From a virus, in IMG/VR virus record IMGVR_UViG_3300025133_009393: DNA of 64,000 nucleotides; one strand, given 5' to 3'. The notes below the pieces were generated by a model. It did no database searches and was not told the origin of the DNA. It was given only the letters and a program-made list of their open reading frames with translations. This document shows positions 27,426 to 38,100 of this stretch, piece after piece. How positions within the stretch are numbered: the first letter of the stretch is position 1; each line of letters starts with the position of its first letter. A program made the position numbers and the translations under genes.

Positions 27426-30400
27426 CTAAGCGGTGGCGTTTGAAACATCTAAAATAAAATATTTATTTAGTATAGGCACTTGTGTTGTCAAAGCCGTCTC
27501 TCTGACATTAAAATTCTCATTGGTGTATCTTCTTAAGCGACAAATCAATCGCCCCCCGCCGACGGCGCGTGCTCGGTCCATCAGCGAAGGAGTTAGTGAC
27601 GCCCACAAAGGCTTGGAAACATGCATGGAATGTACATTAAACGCCTCTTCATCATCGCGGCCTTGATTCTTAATAACGGTGCTCGTGTCGCCGGCGAGTC
27701 CAACCATCGCTTCAACAGCTACAATATTTTTATATATCATCCAATAAAAAGGATATACTTCTTGATCGTCTGCGTCGATCGTTAAAATTTTATTTTTTAG
27801 AGAGTTCCTGATACTCAAGGGTCCGGCATGCTGTTCCGAAAGCATCATCAGCATGGGCAAAGGAAGAGTTTTAACATATTGTTGTATTTGATTGTCACTC
27901 CCCAAAGAAAACAAATATTTTGATATTCTAGAAGGTTCTTCTCTATGATCACGGCTGAATTCAAGAAAATAATCCCCTTGAGTATCAATATGGCTACTAA
28001 ACAAATTTCTCTTAACAACATTCGCAGCGAACCCAGCAATTTTATTCAGGCCGGCGGCGCGGCCTTCGGCTGCTCTTTCATAAAACATTCCCGAGCTGGC
28101 ATCGTATTTCATTCCAGTAGATGAATCGATATTTCTTTGTCTTGTTATAGTTAATTTTTCCATATCGTCAGCCGAATATTGGTTTTCGTACGTTGGATTA
28201 ACTGCTTCGTTTCCATCCGCATCAATATAAAAATATTTATCATTAAATGTAGTATTTAAGGTAACAGCGGGATCGGCCGGCTTAGAGAGCAAAGAATAAT
28301 TTGCAAAATCATGGGAATCTATAGCCACTATCCTGCAATTATATTTCTCTAGCAGAGACAAATAATTTGTAGCATCTATCAAAGCTGTTTTGAGGCCGTC
28401 AGCGTCCTCTTGAAATACAAGATTGTTATCAAATTTTGTGCTATAAGAGCCAGCAAGAATATGCTCCATTATAGAAACAACGCTAGTGTTGGCCAATCTG
28501 ATAATATCAGATTGGTTTAGTGTATAATTTGAATTTCCTCTTTTGTAAAGGCCCGATAATAAATCAGAAGTTGCGCCGGTGAATCTTACAGCAGAAGGCG
28601 TTAAATATTGATGAGCGTTTTCGATTATTTGAAGTTGGCCACTATAATCAAGCGTCGTGCCGGAGGAGGCGCCTTGTTGTAAATGAAGAATTAGTCCTGC
28701 AGGATTTTCATTCGTATTCGTCTGTATATACTTCTTTACTTCCCATATGGCCCGGGCTGAATATTCCGCTCTAGAAATTTCTTTTAACCCAGGAGACCCT
28801 TTCCAGGCATTTCCAAGCGGACTGGCTTCGGGCAATCTTGATCCAAGATATTCATATCCAGTATGTCTATTGGTAAAATTAAGATCTAGTATGTTATTAA
28901 ACTTGCATTCATACTCAAAAACTCTTTTTGAAGATGGCGGCTTTTGTATAGATGTTGTGCTGGCAGAGTTGTTAACCCCAATGCCTTCTTTGTTCAAGGT
29001 CGCAGGACTACCCAAAACACGACTAGCTGCTAGGTGAAAATCCTCTATAATCTCTAAAACTATACCTATTCCTTTGGGGCTTCCACTGCCGGGGTTGCAC
29101 ATCTTTTTGAAATTTTCTCTAATTTTCTCAGTATTATATAAGTCCTTAGAGTTTTGATATAGCATTTCTGCGCAGTCTAAATAAGAATCAATGGCCTTTT
29201 CCCACAGCCATCTTTGCGGAACATATCGCTTCTTAAATGCTTGCGAAAATGTTTTATAAATAGGATCCCAAGATCCTGGCCCTTTTCCGGGGCCCTTCGA
29301 GGCGACTGCTTTGTATTTTCTTAATTTTATAATACCGTTTTTTATTTCTCTTAGCTTACCAGCCAAATATTGATTTGTACCATTTATAACTCTTATTTTA
29401 ATTGAATATTGATATTTTCCAGCAGATAAATGCCCTAGGGATCCATCGGTCGCTGTAAAGTATCTCACGCCGGTGGCGGGCATGTCGATCAAACTAACGT
29501 CAGTAAGTTCTTGTACACTGCCCATGGGTGTTATAATATATGTAGGAGTAACAGATCCAGCAAGAGCTGCGTCATTGCCCGATGAAGCTTTCTTAGTATG
29601 TAGTCTGGTTTTTAAAGCCCGAGTTGAAGAAACTTCTGTAGTGTTCGCTATCAATTCGGGCGGATGGTTCTCATCTATATCAATCATGGCAGCAAACGGA
29701 TTTTCGCTTTCATTGACCACCTTTTCTCTAAAAATAGAGAATGAAACGATCTTGCTAAGTTTTAATATCTCATTTACCCTATCAGCGTGGGCCGGCTTTG
29801 TTGGATAATTCAATAAAGACGGGAACAAGGAATTGTCCTGAAGAAGCTTTCTCCAATCTAGCATAAAGAACATATTGTTAACCATGCCACCAGACTGCGA
29901 AGGTGTCATATAAAGTTTAGACACATAAGATGTATTTCCCGCGGGAGTGAGCGGTTTGTGAGAAGCCATCTTTAAATTACTATTCAGTTGAGATGCTAGA
30001 TTTTTCGTAGATGTAAAGTCTAAAGATCTTGGAGTTGTTAATCTTTTTATTCTTCGATAATCCACTACTTTGTGATTTCGAATTCTAACCTTTTTCAAAT
30101 TAACAGATTTTAATGTTGTCTTGTGGCCAGTACTATATCTTCCTGGAATTGTATCTCCAGCTTCATTAGTGAATGGCGGTATCCAATGTATCGGCCCGAA
30201 CCATGGCACATCGTCAGCAGTGGCAAAACGATCTGTTGTTCCGGCGGGGTGGCCGTCGACCAGCACTCTCTCAACCAGGGGGGCATTATAAATAACATCG
30301 AAATTAGCAGGATTTATATTAAATTCGTTAACAAGAGCATTTCCCACGCCGTCGGCGCCTTTTGTACCTCCGCCAAGATCTACGCTAGCAAAAACCACCA

Positions 30401-31013
30401 ATGTTAAATTCTGTTGATTTTTTGGTATATCAAAATCAATGCGATATGGTACATTGTAAACGTTTTTTCTTGTCGTGCGATCATACGACTCATATGCAGA
30501 TCCAAATGTGCGACGGGGCTTTCCAGGAGTTTTATCGCCAGTGCCGGCAGTATTGTTGGGTGTTTCATTTAAAAATATTTTATAATGCCTGACGATGTTC
30601 TGTTGTAGATCATCAAAAACTTCTCCACGGACTATTTTCTCAATATTGTGTCGCAATAATTGATTTGTTTTTTTAGTGCTCTTGACAGCAACCACATTAA
30701 TTGCAATAAATTGTTTTATGAAATCATTGTCAATCCATAAGGGAAGTTTGTTTTTACCTTCCATGCTATCTTTGGCTATGACAGTAACAGATACCTTGGT
30801 ATTTCCATTGGTGGAGCTTGTATTATAGATTGGCTTTTTTGTACCGGTAGTAGTATATCTAACCAACTTTCCGGTAAGATAATTGTAATAAGCTGCATGC
30901 TGGGTTTCTTCACTAATGTGAGGATTGTCGCTTAATTTCTTATTGTAGCCATCAGAAGCTGACTCTAAAATAACTTTGTTGACATACAAGGATGGTAAAA
31001 TCTGTTCAGACAT
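27426..31013 (-). CDS. Large hypothetical virion protein
   Basis: Likely ATG at 31013 (TAATG overlap with the upstream stop); ~1195 aa; baseplate cluster context. Confidence 0.6.
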   Translation of the reverse strand: MSEQILPSLYVNKVILESASDGYNKKLSDNPHISEETQHAAYYNYLTGKLVRYTTTGTKKPIYNTSSTNGNTKVSVTVIAKDSMEGKNKLPLWIDNDFIKQFIAINVVAVKSTKKTNQLLRHNIEKIVRGEVFDDLQQNIVRHYKIFLNETPNNTAGTGDKTPGKPRRTFGSAYESYDRTTRKNVYNVPYRIDFDIPKNQQNLTLVVFASVDLGGGTKGADGVGNALVNEFNINPANFDVIYNAPLVERVLVDGHPAGTTDRFATADDVPWFGPIHWIPPFTNEAGDTIPGRYSTGHKTTLKSVNLKKVRIRNHKVVDYRRIKRLTTPRSLDFTSTKNLASQLNSNLKMASHKPLTPAGNTSYVSKLYMTPSQSGGMVNNMFFMLDWRKLLQDNSLFPSLLNYPTKPAHADRVNEILKLSKIVSFSIFREKVVNESENPFAAMIDIDENHPPELIANTTEVSSTRALKTRLHTKKASSGNDAALAGSVTPTYIITPMGSVQELTDVSLIDMPATGVRYFTATDGSLGHLSAGKYQYSIKIRVINGTNQYLAGKLREIKNGIIKLRKYKAVASKGPGKGPGSWDPIYKTFSQAFKKRYVPQRWLWEKAIDSYLDCAEMLYQNSKDLYNTEKIRENFKKMCNPGSGSPKGIGIVLEIIEDFHLAASRVLGSPATLNKEGIGVNNSASTTSIQKPPSSKRVFEYECKFNNILDLNFTNRHTGYEYLGSRLPEASPLGNAWKGSPGLKEISRAEYSARAIWEVKKYIQTNTNENPAGLILHLQQGASSGTTLDYSGQLQIIENAHQYLTPSAVRFTGATSDLLSGLYKRGNSNYTLNQSDIIRLANTSVVSIMEHILAGSYSTKFDNNLVFQEDADGLKTALIDATNYLSLLEKYNCRIVAIDSHDFANYSLLSKPADPAVTLNTTFNDKYFYIDADGNEAVNPTYENQYSADDMEKLTITRQRNIDSSTGMKYDASSGMFYERAAEGRAAGLNKIAGFAANVVKRNLFSSHIDTQGDYFLEFSRDHREEPSRISKYLFSLGSDNQIQQYVKTLPLPMLMMLSEQHAGPLSIRNSLKNKILTIDADDQEVYPFYWMIYKNIVAVEAMVGLAGDTSTVIKNQGRDDEEAFNVHSMHVSKPLWASLTPSLMDRARAVGGGRLICRLRRYTNENFNVRETALTTQVPILNKYFILDVSNATA

Positions 31014-32110
31014 TAGCAAATTTCTCCCGAACCATCGCCCATCTCGTCATCATATATATCTTCCACGATCCTCATCGTATCTTCATAATCTCCACAATCA
31101 ATAAACTCGTCGCCAAAGATTCCCTTAGAGCGATCTGTTATATAGTGACATAATACTCCTTGTGGTATTTCTTCGTCTATGTACAAATCAAAATAATATT
31201 CCACATCTCTATTCGTAACAGGAGGTGACGCCAAGTTCAAACCCTCTTCGTCAAAGAGGTCGCCGGCGGAAATATTAAAATTCATCCTATCGCGGGTTTC
31301 ATGACCTTGGTTGATCAAGAAATTTAAAGGTATTAAATTTTCTTCCCCCGTCTTTACGGTCAAATTGTTAACTATGTCTTTCTTTTCTTCTATCTCGAAC
31401 AACTCTATATCAAAATTTTTAAGCAAAAATTGTGTATTTTTTTCCTCAATGTGGATCAACAGAAAATCTTCATCTATTCTTATAAACCCATCCGTTCCGG
31501 CAACTTCTGATGGGATCCCAAGATCTAGTTCAGCTACCTCTAGCATTCCAGACTTGTAATCAGCTTCATCAAATAAATCCATATTAACCGAAGTCTTGTA
31601 AACTGCCTGGCACTCTATTTGAGGAAAATTTATGACCCTATCCATATTGGTTTTGCTGCTAGCGCCTGTTATATAAAGATAGTGCTTTGCTTCCGTCATC
31701 TCTCCTTTGTGAAATTTTAGATACCAAGCAGGGGCATTTTGCTCATTCAAATCAGAAGTGCCGATTGGGCTGATTAAAGCAAAGTGTTTGTCATTGGTGG
31801 GCTGTATACTTTCAGCACCTAAATCAACTCTCTCTGAGGAAAGTGTCGAACGAACTAATTCATTTATTCTTTTTACCTCTGTTTCTATCCCAGAATAAAC
31901 ATACTGTGTTCTAGCGCGCGGTGTATCTAGGCGTATTCTGTCTTCAGTATTATTTTGTTCTTCAAATTTGCCAGCATATTCTAAATCATATAAAATATCA
32001 TCATCATAAAATGCGTAATAAGTCGGGCGCAGGTTGCCCTTTGACAACAAATATTTACCATATTGAGTCAATTCTAAATCAACAACATCTTCTTTTCGAT
32101 CAAAAAACAT
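31013..32110 (-). CDS. Baseplate protein, paralogue of 23096..24076 (DUF3751-like N-terminal half)
   Basis: DLELTQYGKYLLSKG..PTYYAFYDDDILY; AGGAGAGG SD. Confidence 0.7.
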   Translation of the reverse strand: MFFDRKEDVVDLELTQYGKYLLSKGNLRPTYYAFYDDDILYDLEYAGKFEEQNNTEDRIRLDTPRARTQYVYSGIETEVKRINELVRSTLSSERVDLGAESIQPTNDKHFALISPIGTSDLNEQNAPAWYLKFHKGEMTEAKHYLYITGASSKTNMDRVINFPQIECQAVYKTSVNMDLFDEADYKSGMLEVAELDLGIPSEVAGTDGFIRIDEDFLLIHIEEKNTQFLLKNFDIELFEIEEKKDIVNNLTVKTGEENLIPLNFLINQGHETRDRMNFNISAGDLFDEEGLNLASPPVTNRDVEYYFDLYIDEEIPQGVLCHYITDRSKGIFGDEFIDCGDYEDTMRIVEDIYDDEMGDGSGEIC

Positions 32111-32126
32111 TTCTTTCCTCTCCTAC

Positions 32127-32133
32127 TAAATAG
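32127..32133 (-). promoter_or_regulatory. Putative late-promoter motif CTATTTA
   Basis: Lies 17 nt upstream of the 32110 start. Confidence 0.55.
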
Positions 32134-32177
32134 GGAATAATGTAAATTATTTAATTTATCTAAACTCGCTATCCATA

Positions 32178-35100
32178 CTATGAAGATTTTGTATAATCAT
32201 ATTCCACTGTCAACTTGGCAACTTCTACCAGACTAAAGAAATCATAAGGCCAATTATAACTATATTTAGTATTCCATATGTTATCGGATATTGCTCCGCC
32301 TGGTGGCGATATGCCTGGGGCTGCAGGATATTTAACCTGGCTCATGTACATATTAGCACGTTTCTTGACTTTGAAGACAAGCCACTTAAGACCAGGGTGG
32401 GAGGGATCGGCAAAGATTTTCTTAAGAGTCCGTGTGTTTTTATTACGTCCATGGATATTATGTCCAAGGACCGTAATATCTAGAAGATCATCCAAACGCC
32501 CAAAAAGCTCATATTGAGAGTTTGGTCCAGCGAGATCGGTACCTACTGAAGAAGCTTCTTTTTTCCCTCTCATTCCAGTATCCGGAAGGAGATTTTGCCA
32601 GATATCTCCCAAGTCTTTACTATTTAGCTCTCTTTTAAACTCATGAATATACATAATGAATGGGTTCAGACCTGAGTGTTCATTGTTTCCAAATCTCCTG
32701 CGCGTTATTTCATATTTCGCGTCCTCCGATGAGCCTATTCCTTTGTGATAAAAATCTAGTTCTGGGGGGATGATATATTTTGACACCATGTCCATGAGTG
32801 CGGTAATACCAGTTTTTCCAATTGCCTGCTCCGGTTGATCTAAATTCAACTTCGTGTGCGCTGTCGGATCCGATGGGTGAATTTTCACCGCAGCGGCGCC
32901 GGCATGGAAATTTTGCCACTGGGCAAAATATTCATCCGGATGGATTTTAATAAAGTTAATATCATCAATATTATATCTTGAAAATGGTCGGAACGTGACT
33001 TTTGGAATTTCTATTTCAAGGAACGGAATGGCAACAACGGCCTCTGATATCTCTTTCCCCGAAGCAATTTGACCAATATATTTTGATAACTCTTGAGGTT
33101 CGGTGTTATTATCTCTAAATCCAAGCGCATCTAAAAGTGAGCCGTTATGTGAGTCGTCCGTAAATGCGGCATCTGAAAGTGATAATTTTATGCCGCGCTT
33201 GGGGATAGAGACCTTAGTTCCATCCGGAAGGGTTGTTTTTTCCGCTTCGCCAACATTGCTAGTATTGCCATATCCCATCCAAATAGATCGGCCTGTGCGA
33301 TCACTAAAATATCCATCTTTGTTGTTTGAGCCAGGCACAAAGTCCGGACGGTGGCGATTTGATCCAACATAGCTGCTGCCAGAAAGATTTATAACCGGGC
33401 ACTCAAATTTTGTAGATATCTCCCATATATGGTCCACTTTATTAACTATTTGCGGCGGGAGAAGCGGGTCGGTCCCGCCGGGGCTGATGCGCTGGGGCGG
33501 GACTTCTACTTGAGTTATTACGGCCCTTTTCTTGAAAATGTCCAAAGAGGCCGTAAGTTTCATTCTATTTTCGTAGGCAAGGTGACCCCAGTAGCCGCTG
33601 GCGTGAGGGTAGGGCACGTCTCCGGCGGTGAGCGCTTCGTCGCGGCGCATTATATCTCTAGCGCGTACAGGTGTACCGTCCTCTCGGTAATAAAGTGGCC
33701 GGCCCAAATCATTAAACTCAGTTGTCAGTGGATTATTAATGATATTTGAATGAATCTCGTCGATTGTTGGGGTGGCGCCCATTTCATAGCCACCCTCTGT
33801 CGTGACCATTTTAGGCGTAGTGTGTGTATACGCTAGCCACTTATGTACCTTACCATAATAATATGGAGGCGTCCATGGGGCATATCCAGGATCTGCTTCG
33901 TGATATCGCAGATCATACATTTCTCCGCTAGAGCCAGTTGATTTAATATCACCAGCATTAGTGAGCAGTGGGCCAGTTGCAGTTGGCCCTCCAGTAAATT
34001 GTTGGCCATCGCGATGATCTTGATATGGCAGCGCTGGTCCGAAAATAGAGCCGCGTCGTGGTAGAGGCTGGAATTGCGTAGCGGTATCATTCATCGGAAC
34101 CAAAGGTTTGCGTGGACCCTCAGCCATGACAAATTCTCCGTTGACGCCGGCGTTGCCGGAGTTGGGGTGAGAATGTTCATCAAAAATTTCCAAGGTAACC
34201 TTCATGATATAAGTCTTACCCTCGATGAGATTCTTTATCTTGGATGAAGGAGCGGATTTAAAGTTGGTCAAACCTTTATTTTTTAAGAAGAAATTTGGAA
34301 TTTCGGATAAGAAATTATTCGCAGCCTTTTCATATAGCGGTCCTCGATGGCCGCCCCATGCTGCCCAAAAGCTGCCAGCCATTTTTTTACCTAGTTTAGC
34401 TTTGCCTTGATCGTCAGTACCACACTGAAACCATGCTGGCTCGGTATAATAAATTTTTGGTATCTCTGACAATTCTAGGCCGCGGCCATAGGTTTCAGTT
34501 GTTAAGCCCATGCTTGTTGCGAGGTCGCCGACTTGCTCAGATGAAGGTATCTTGCTTAGATCATAAATTGCCTCAAATGGCAATCTAAAGTTCGGCTTAA
34601 CCTGCATCATCACGCCATCTGTATAGTCCCTTAGAGCGACGACGGGCCCGCCTTCGGTGGTGGTGAATTCTGAGGGTGTCTGCGGCGTTGGATCGACGTC
34701 GGCTTGGTTAATATATACCGGGTAGTCAACAGCAATACCTGACTTAATAGTATTATACATGATGCCAGGAGCAAAAGTTGGCTGCAGCATGGCTTGCATT
34801 TTTCCGGCTCGGTGAACGTCCAATAACGCCTTTTTCCATCCAATTGATCCTTCATGGCCGGCATCTGCAAGATCAAACAATTTAGTTGAGAAATGAGCGC
34901 CGTCTTTGACCTTGAGCGCGATAGAGCTGGCGCCTGGGTCGATGGTGGGATATTCGGGATCTGCGCCCCAATATGGATCGCTTTCGATGTCGATGAGTTG
35001 GCCTTCAGCAGCCATCCCTGTTCTTAGTTGATAGGTGGGATGCTGACTGGCAGTTATAAATTCGGCGCCGGGTTCGGTGTAGTTGTCTGTAAAGCTGAAT

Positions 35101-38100
35101 CTTATGTCGTCTCCTAGAGGATTGTCATCAACAGCGTTATCGCCGTCATTCCACAGCTGTTTAATAGAATTGTAACCCAGATAAGTTCTTTTATTGATTT
35201 TATAAGTATCGGTGCTGGAACTTAAATATGGACCAATAGATTGTGAAAATAATGTAGCCAATTGTAACGTTCTTGTTACAGGATAAAAGCCATAATAAGG
35301 CATAAGCTTTGTAACAGCATCAAACCGAAGTTTTATTCTGCGAGGTATCTCAAAATCTTCTGCCATTTTATTACGATATCGTACAGAATCTGATATGCAA
35401 TAACGCCTCAAGAAATCTCTGTCCATAGTACCATTCATACCGCCCGGGTTGGCAATATCAGCACCTATACTTTCCAAGACGTCGGCCAAAGCAAGATCAT
35501 GTGAAGCAAATGGCTCATATCCTAAACTAGATGAAAGTTTGGCGCCCTTAAGAGTCAAGAATCCTGGATTGGGTCGTGTCCAATCAAAATTATACTGTGC
35601 ATATTCATCCATGTTTTCCGACATATTAAATTCGGCCAACACTCCGTAATCTTGTCCCAATGATCTTACATCATCAATATAGCTTTCGTATGAATCATAC
35701 CAAGGATTCTTGCCGGCAAGCTTGTTAGTTCTATAGTATGGAGCAGTCTTAACATATCCCAAAGCACCGGAAAAGTCTAATATATTCGTCTGTACTTCGG
35801 TGGGGCCTCCGTGGTGGCTGATCTTATATTTACCGCCGACGACGGTGCGGCCATGCAAAGTTTCGGCACTTCCACTTTCTTTTCCGGCTGGCCCACCAGA
35901 AAATGAAGCCGACAGGCCAATAACATTAAAGTTGTTATAAGGATCTCTAAAGAAACAAGGGGAGGCATAAGGTCGACGATATCCACCTCTAAACATCGTG
36001 CTAAAAGTTGGAGGCGATTGCCACACCGGCGCGTCGATGTCTTCATTGTTGACCAAAGCCTCGCGGTGAAGCTCATAATCTGAGCCGCCCATGGCAGTAT
36101 ATTCGTAGCCCGCGTTGATGGCGTCGCCCGGGCTTGAAGGCTGCGTATTTTGATTCGCAGCTGTCTTGTCAACAAACGGGTAGAAGAAAGATGCGGTACC
36201 ACATGCCCAATAAGCCGAAGCCCACGAAGTAAGGAAGTTCATTGACGGATCTTCTGCCAGCTCCCCCTTCATACCAAATGTGCCAGATACAAAATGATCT
36301 CCGAAGGTCGATCCGGATATTAAATTATAAGTACCGCGAAATACGGTCGAAGAGCCGGCGGCGTCGAGAGTTTCAGCAGTCGACATAGACTCGCGGCCTA
36401 GGCACTTCCGGAAGTCGTCCGTCTTACCCCATCTTTGTTTATAAGTTGGACCATACATTCCACCTTCATAAAGAGAATTAGGATGATAACTATGCACTTC
36501 CATTACGCCGCCATATTTGCCCTCGTCTAGCGGCCAAGCAGAAAGCGGCATATCTTGGAATGTAGAGCCAATGCAGGGATTGCAGAATGGTAAAACAGTC
36601 CCGCCAAAGTTCATATTCTCACTGGCAGAAACAACAGTGCAAGCCTTGCCACTCAGGGCTGTGGTGCCTAGGCCGAGGCCGGCAGCGACGGAAACCGCAT
36701 CACAGAAGGGCATTGGATCTGTTGGACCATAATCCATAAAATATGTTCCATCGTCCAGTTTGGGGCCTCCAAACCGACTCAAAAGCCAGCCTTGTGAATT
36801 ATATGCATAGCCTTCGTTTCTTTTTCTATCTGGAAAAGCTAAAGTATGTCTTCCTTTCCAGAAAGTATTATGGGAAATCTTATCAATTCCTTTCGGGCCA
36901 TGGCCTTGAATTTCTGCGTATTCTACTCTCTTTCTTGTCTCATTCAAATACGTATTAGAGCCCCGGGGCCAAACTGATTCAGTATAGCGATAAGGGGCGC
37001 CGACCAATTCGCTATCTATAACTGTTTGGTGTATATCATTGTCACTGCTTGCATGAAAATCAGAAACTTCATATATTTTCAGTCTTTCATTTAGCGCTTG
37101 ATTGCTGAATTTGATCATATTGTTTGCGTACGTATAAACAAAACGAGTATCGAGGCCGGTGCGTTGCCGTGCAGTGGCCGTCATTGGCTTAAACTTCGAA
37201 GTAACTGCAGGCTCTTTATATCTGCGGATTATTAGTCCGGAAGATAAAACTTTGCGGTGAGGATGTATAAGCGCGTACGCGCGGTAGATACTGCCCGGGC
37301 CAGACGGGTTAGCTCCCCACTCATAAGGTGTTTTATCTCCGAAAACGCCTTCTTCTCCAGTGATTGTGATAATACTGTTTTTACGTTGATGCCTGGCAAT
37401 TGGATGCTCTCCAGTTCTGATCTGCTTCCAAGAAGGATAGTGATAAGGTCCGTTTCTATGGAGAAGAATCCCGTTTAACACCTCAGCATTTCCAGCAATG
37501 CCGCCGGCGAGGGCGCCCATATGAGAGCCAATAGATGGCAATGTCGTCAATCCAGTTTTAAAATATTCAAAGAATTTAGAGCCGGTCGGAAGATAGCCTA
37601 AAGTATTCGAGCCTGTATCAAAAGACTCATGAATATTAGTATTCATTCCTACCATATCATTTGGCATAAAACCGGGAGAGGTAACATACGCACGAGATAC
37701 ACCATATTTCCAGTTTTCAACAAAATATTCGACATTAAAGCCGTCGAGGGCCCCCGGGGGTTGATTAATAACATAGAACGCCGACACTTTGTCGCGGTGA
37801 CTGCCCATATCAGAACTACTGACAAATCTAAATTGATGTGATGCAGTGGCATATCCCCATGGAGCAGTCGGATTTTGACTATTGTACGCCTCTGAAGAGC
37901 TGGCATACAAGTGACTAAATGGCTCTTGTTTCTGGTCTAGAGATCTCCAAATCCAATTATATTGAACGTCGCTTTGTGGAATTGGGCGCTGGACAAGCCA
38001 ATTGTCATGAACTGATTTAAGTATCGTATCGTTTCCTTGCCAATTAATATCGACTGAGTAATCCAAATAATTTGGCGTGCCGTCGACGAAATAGTCTATA

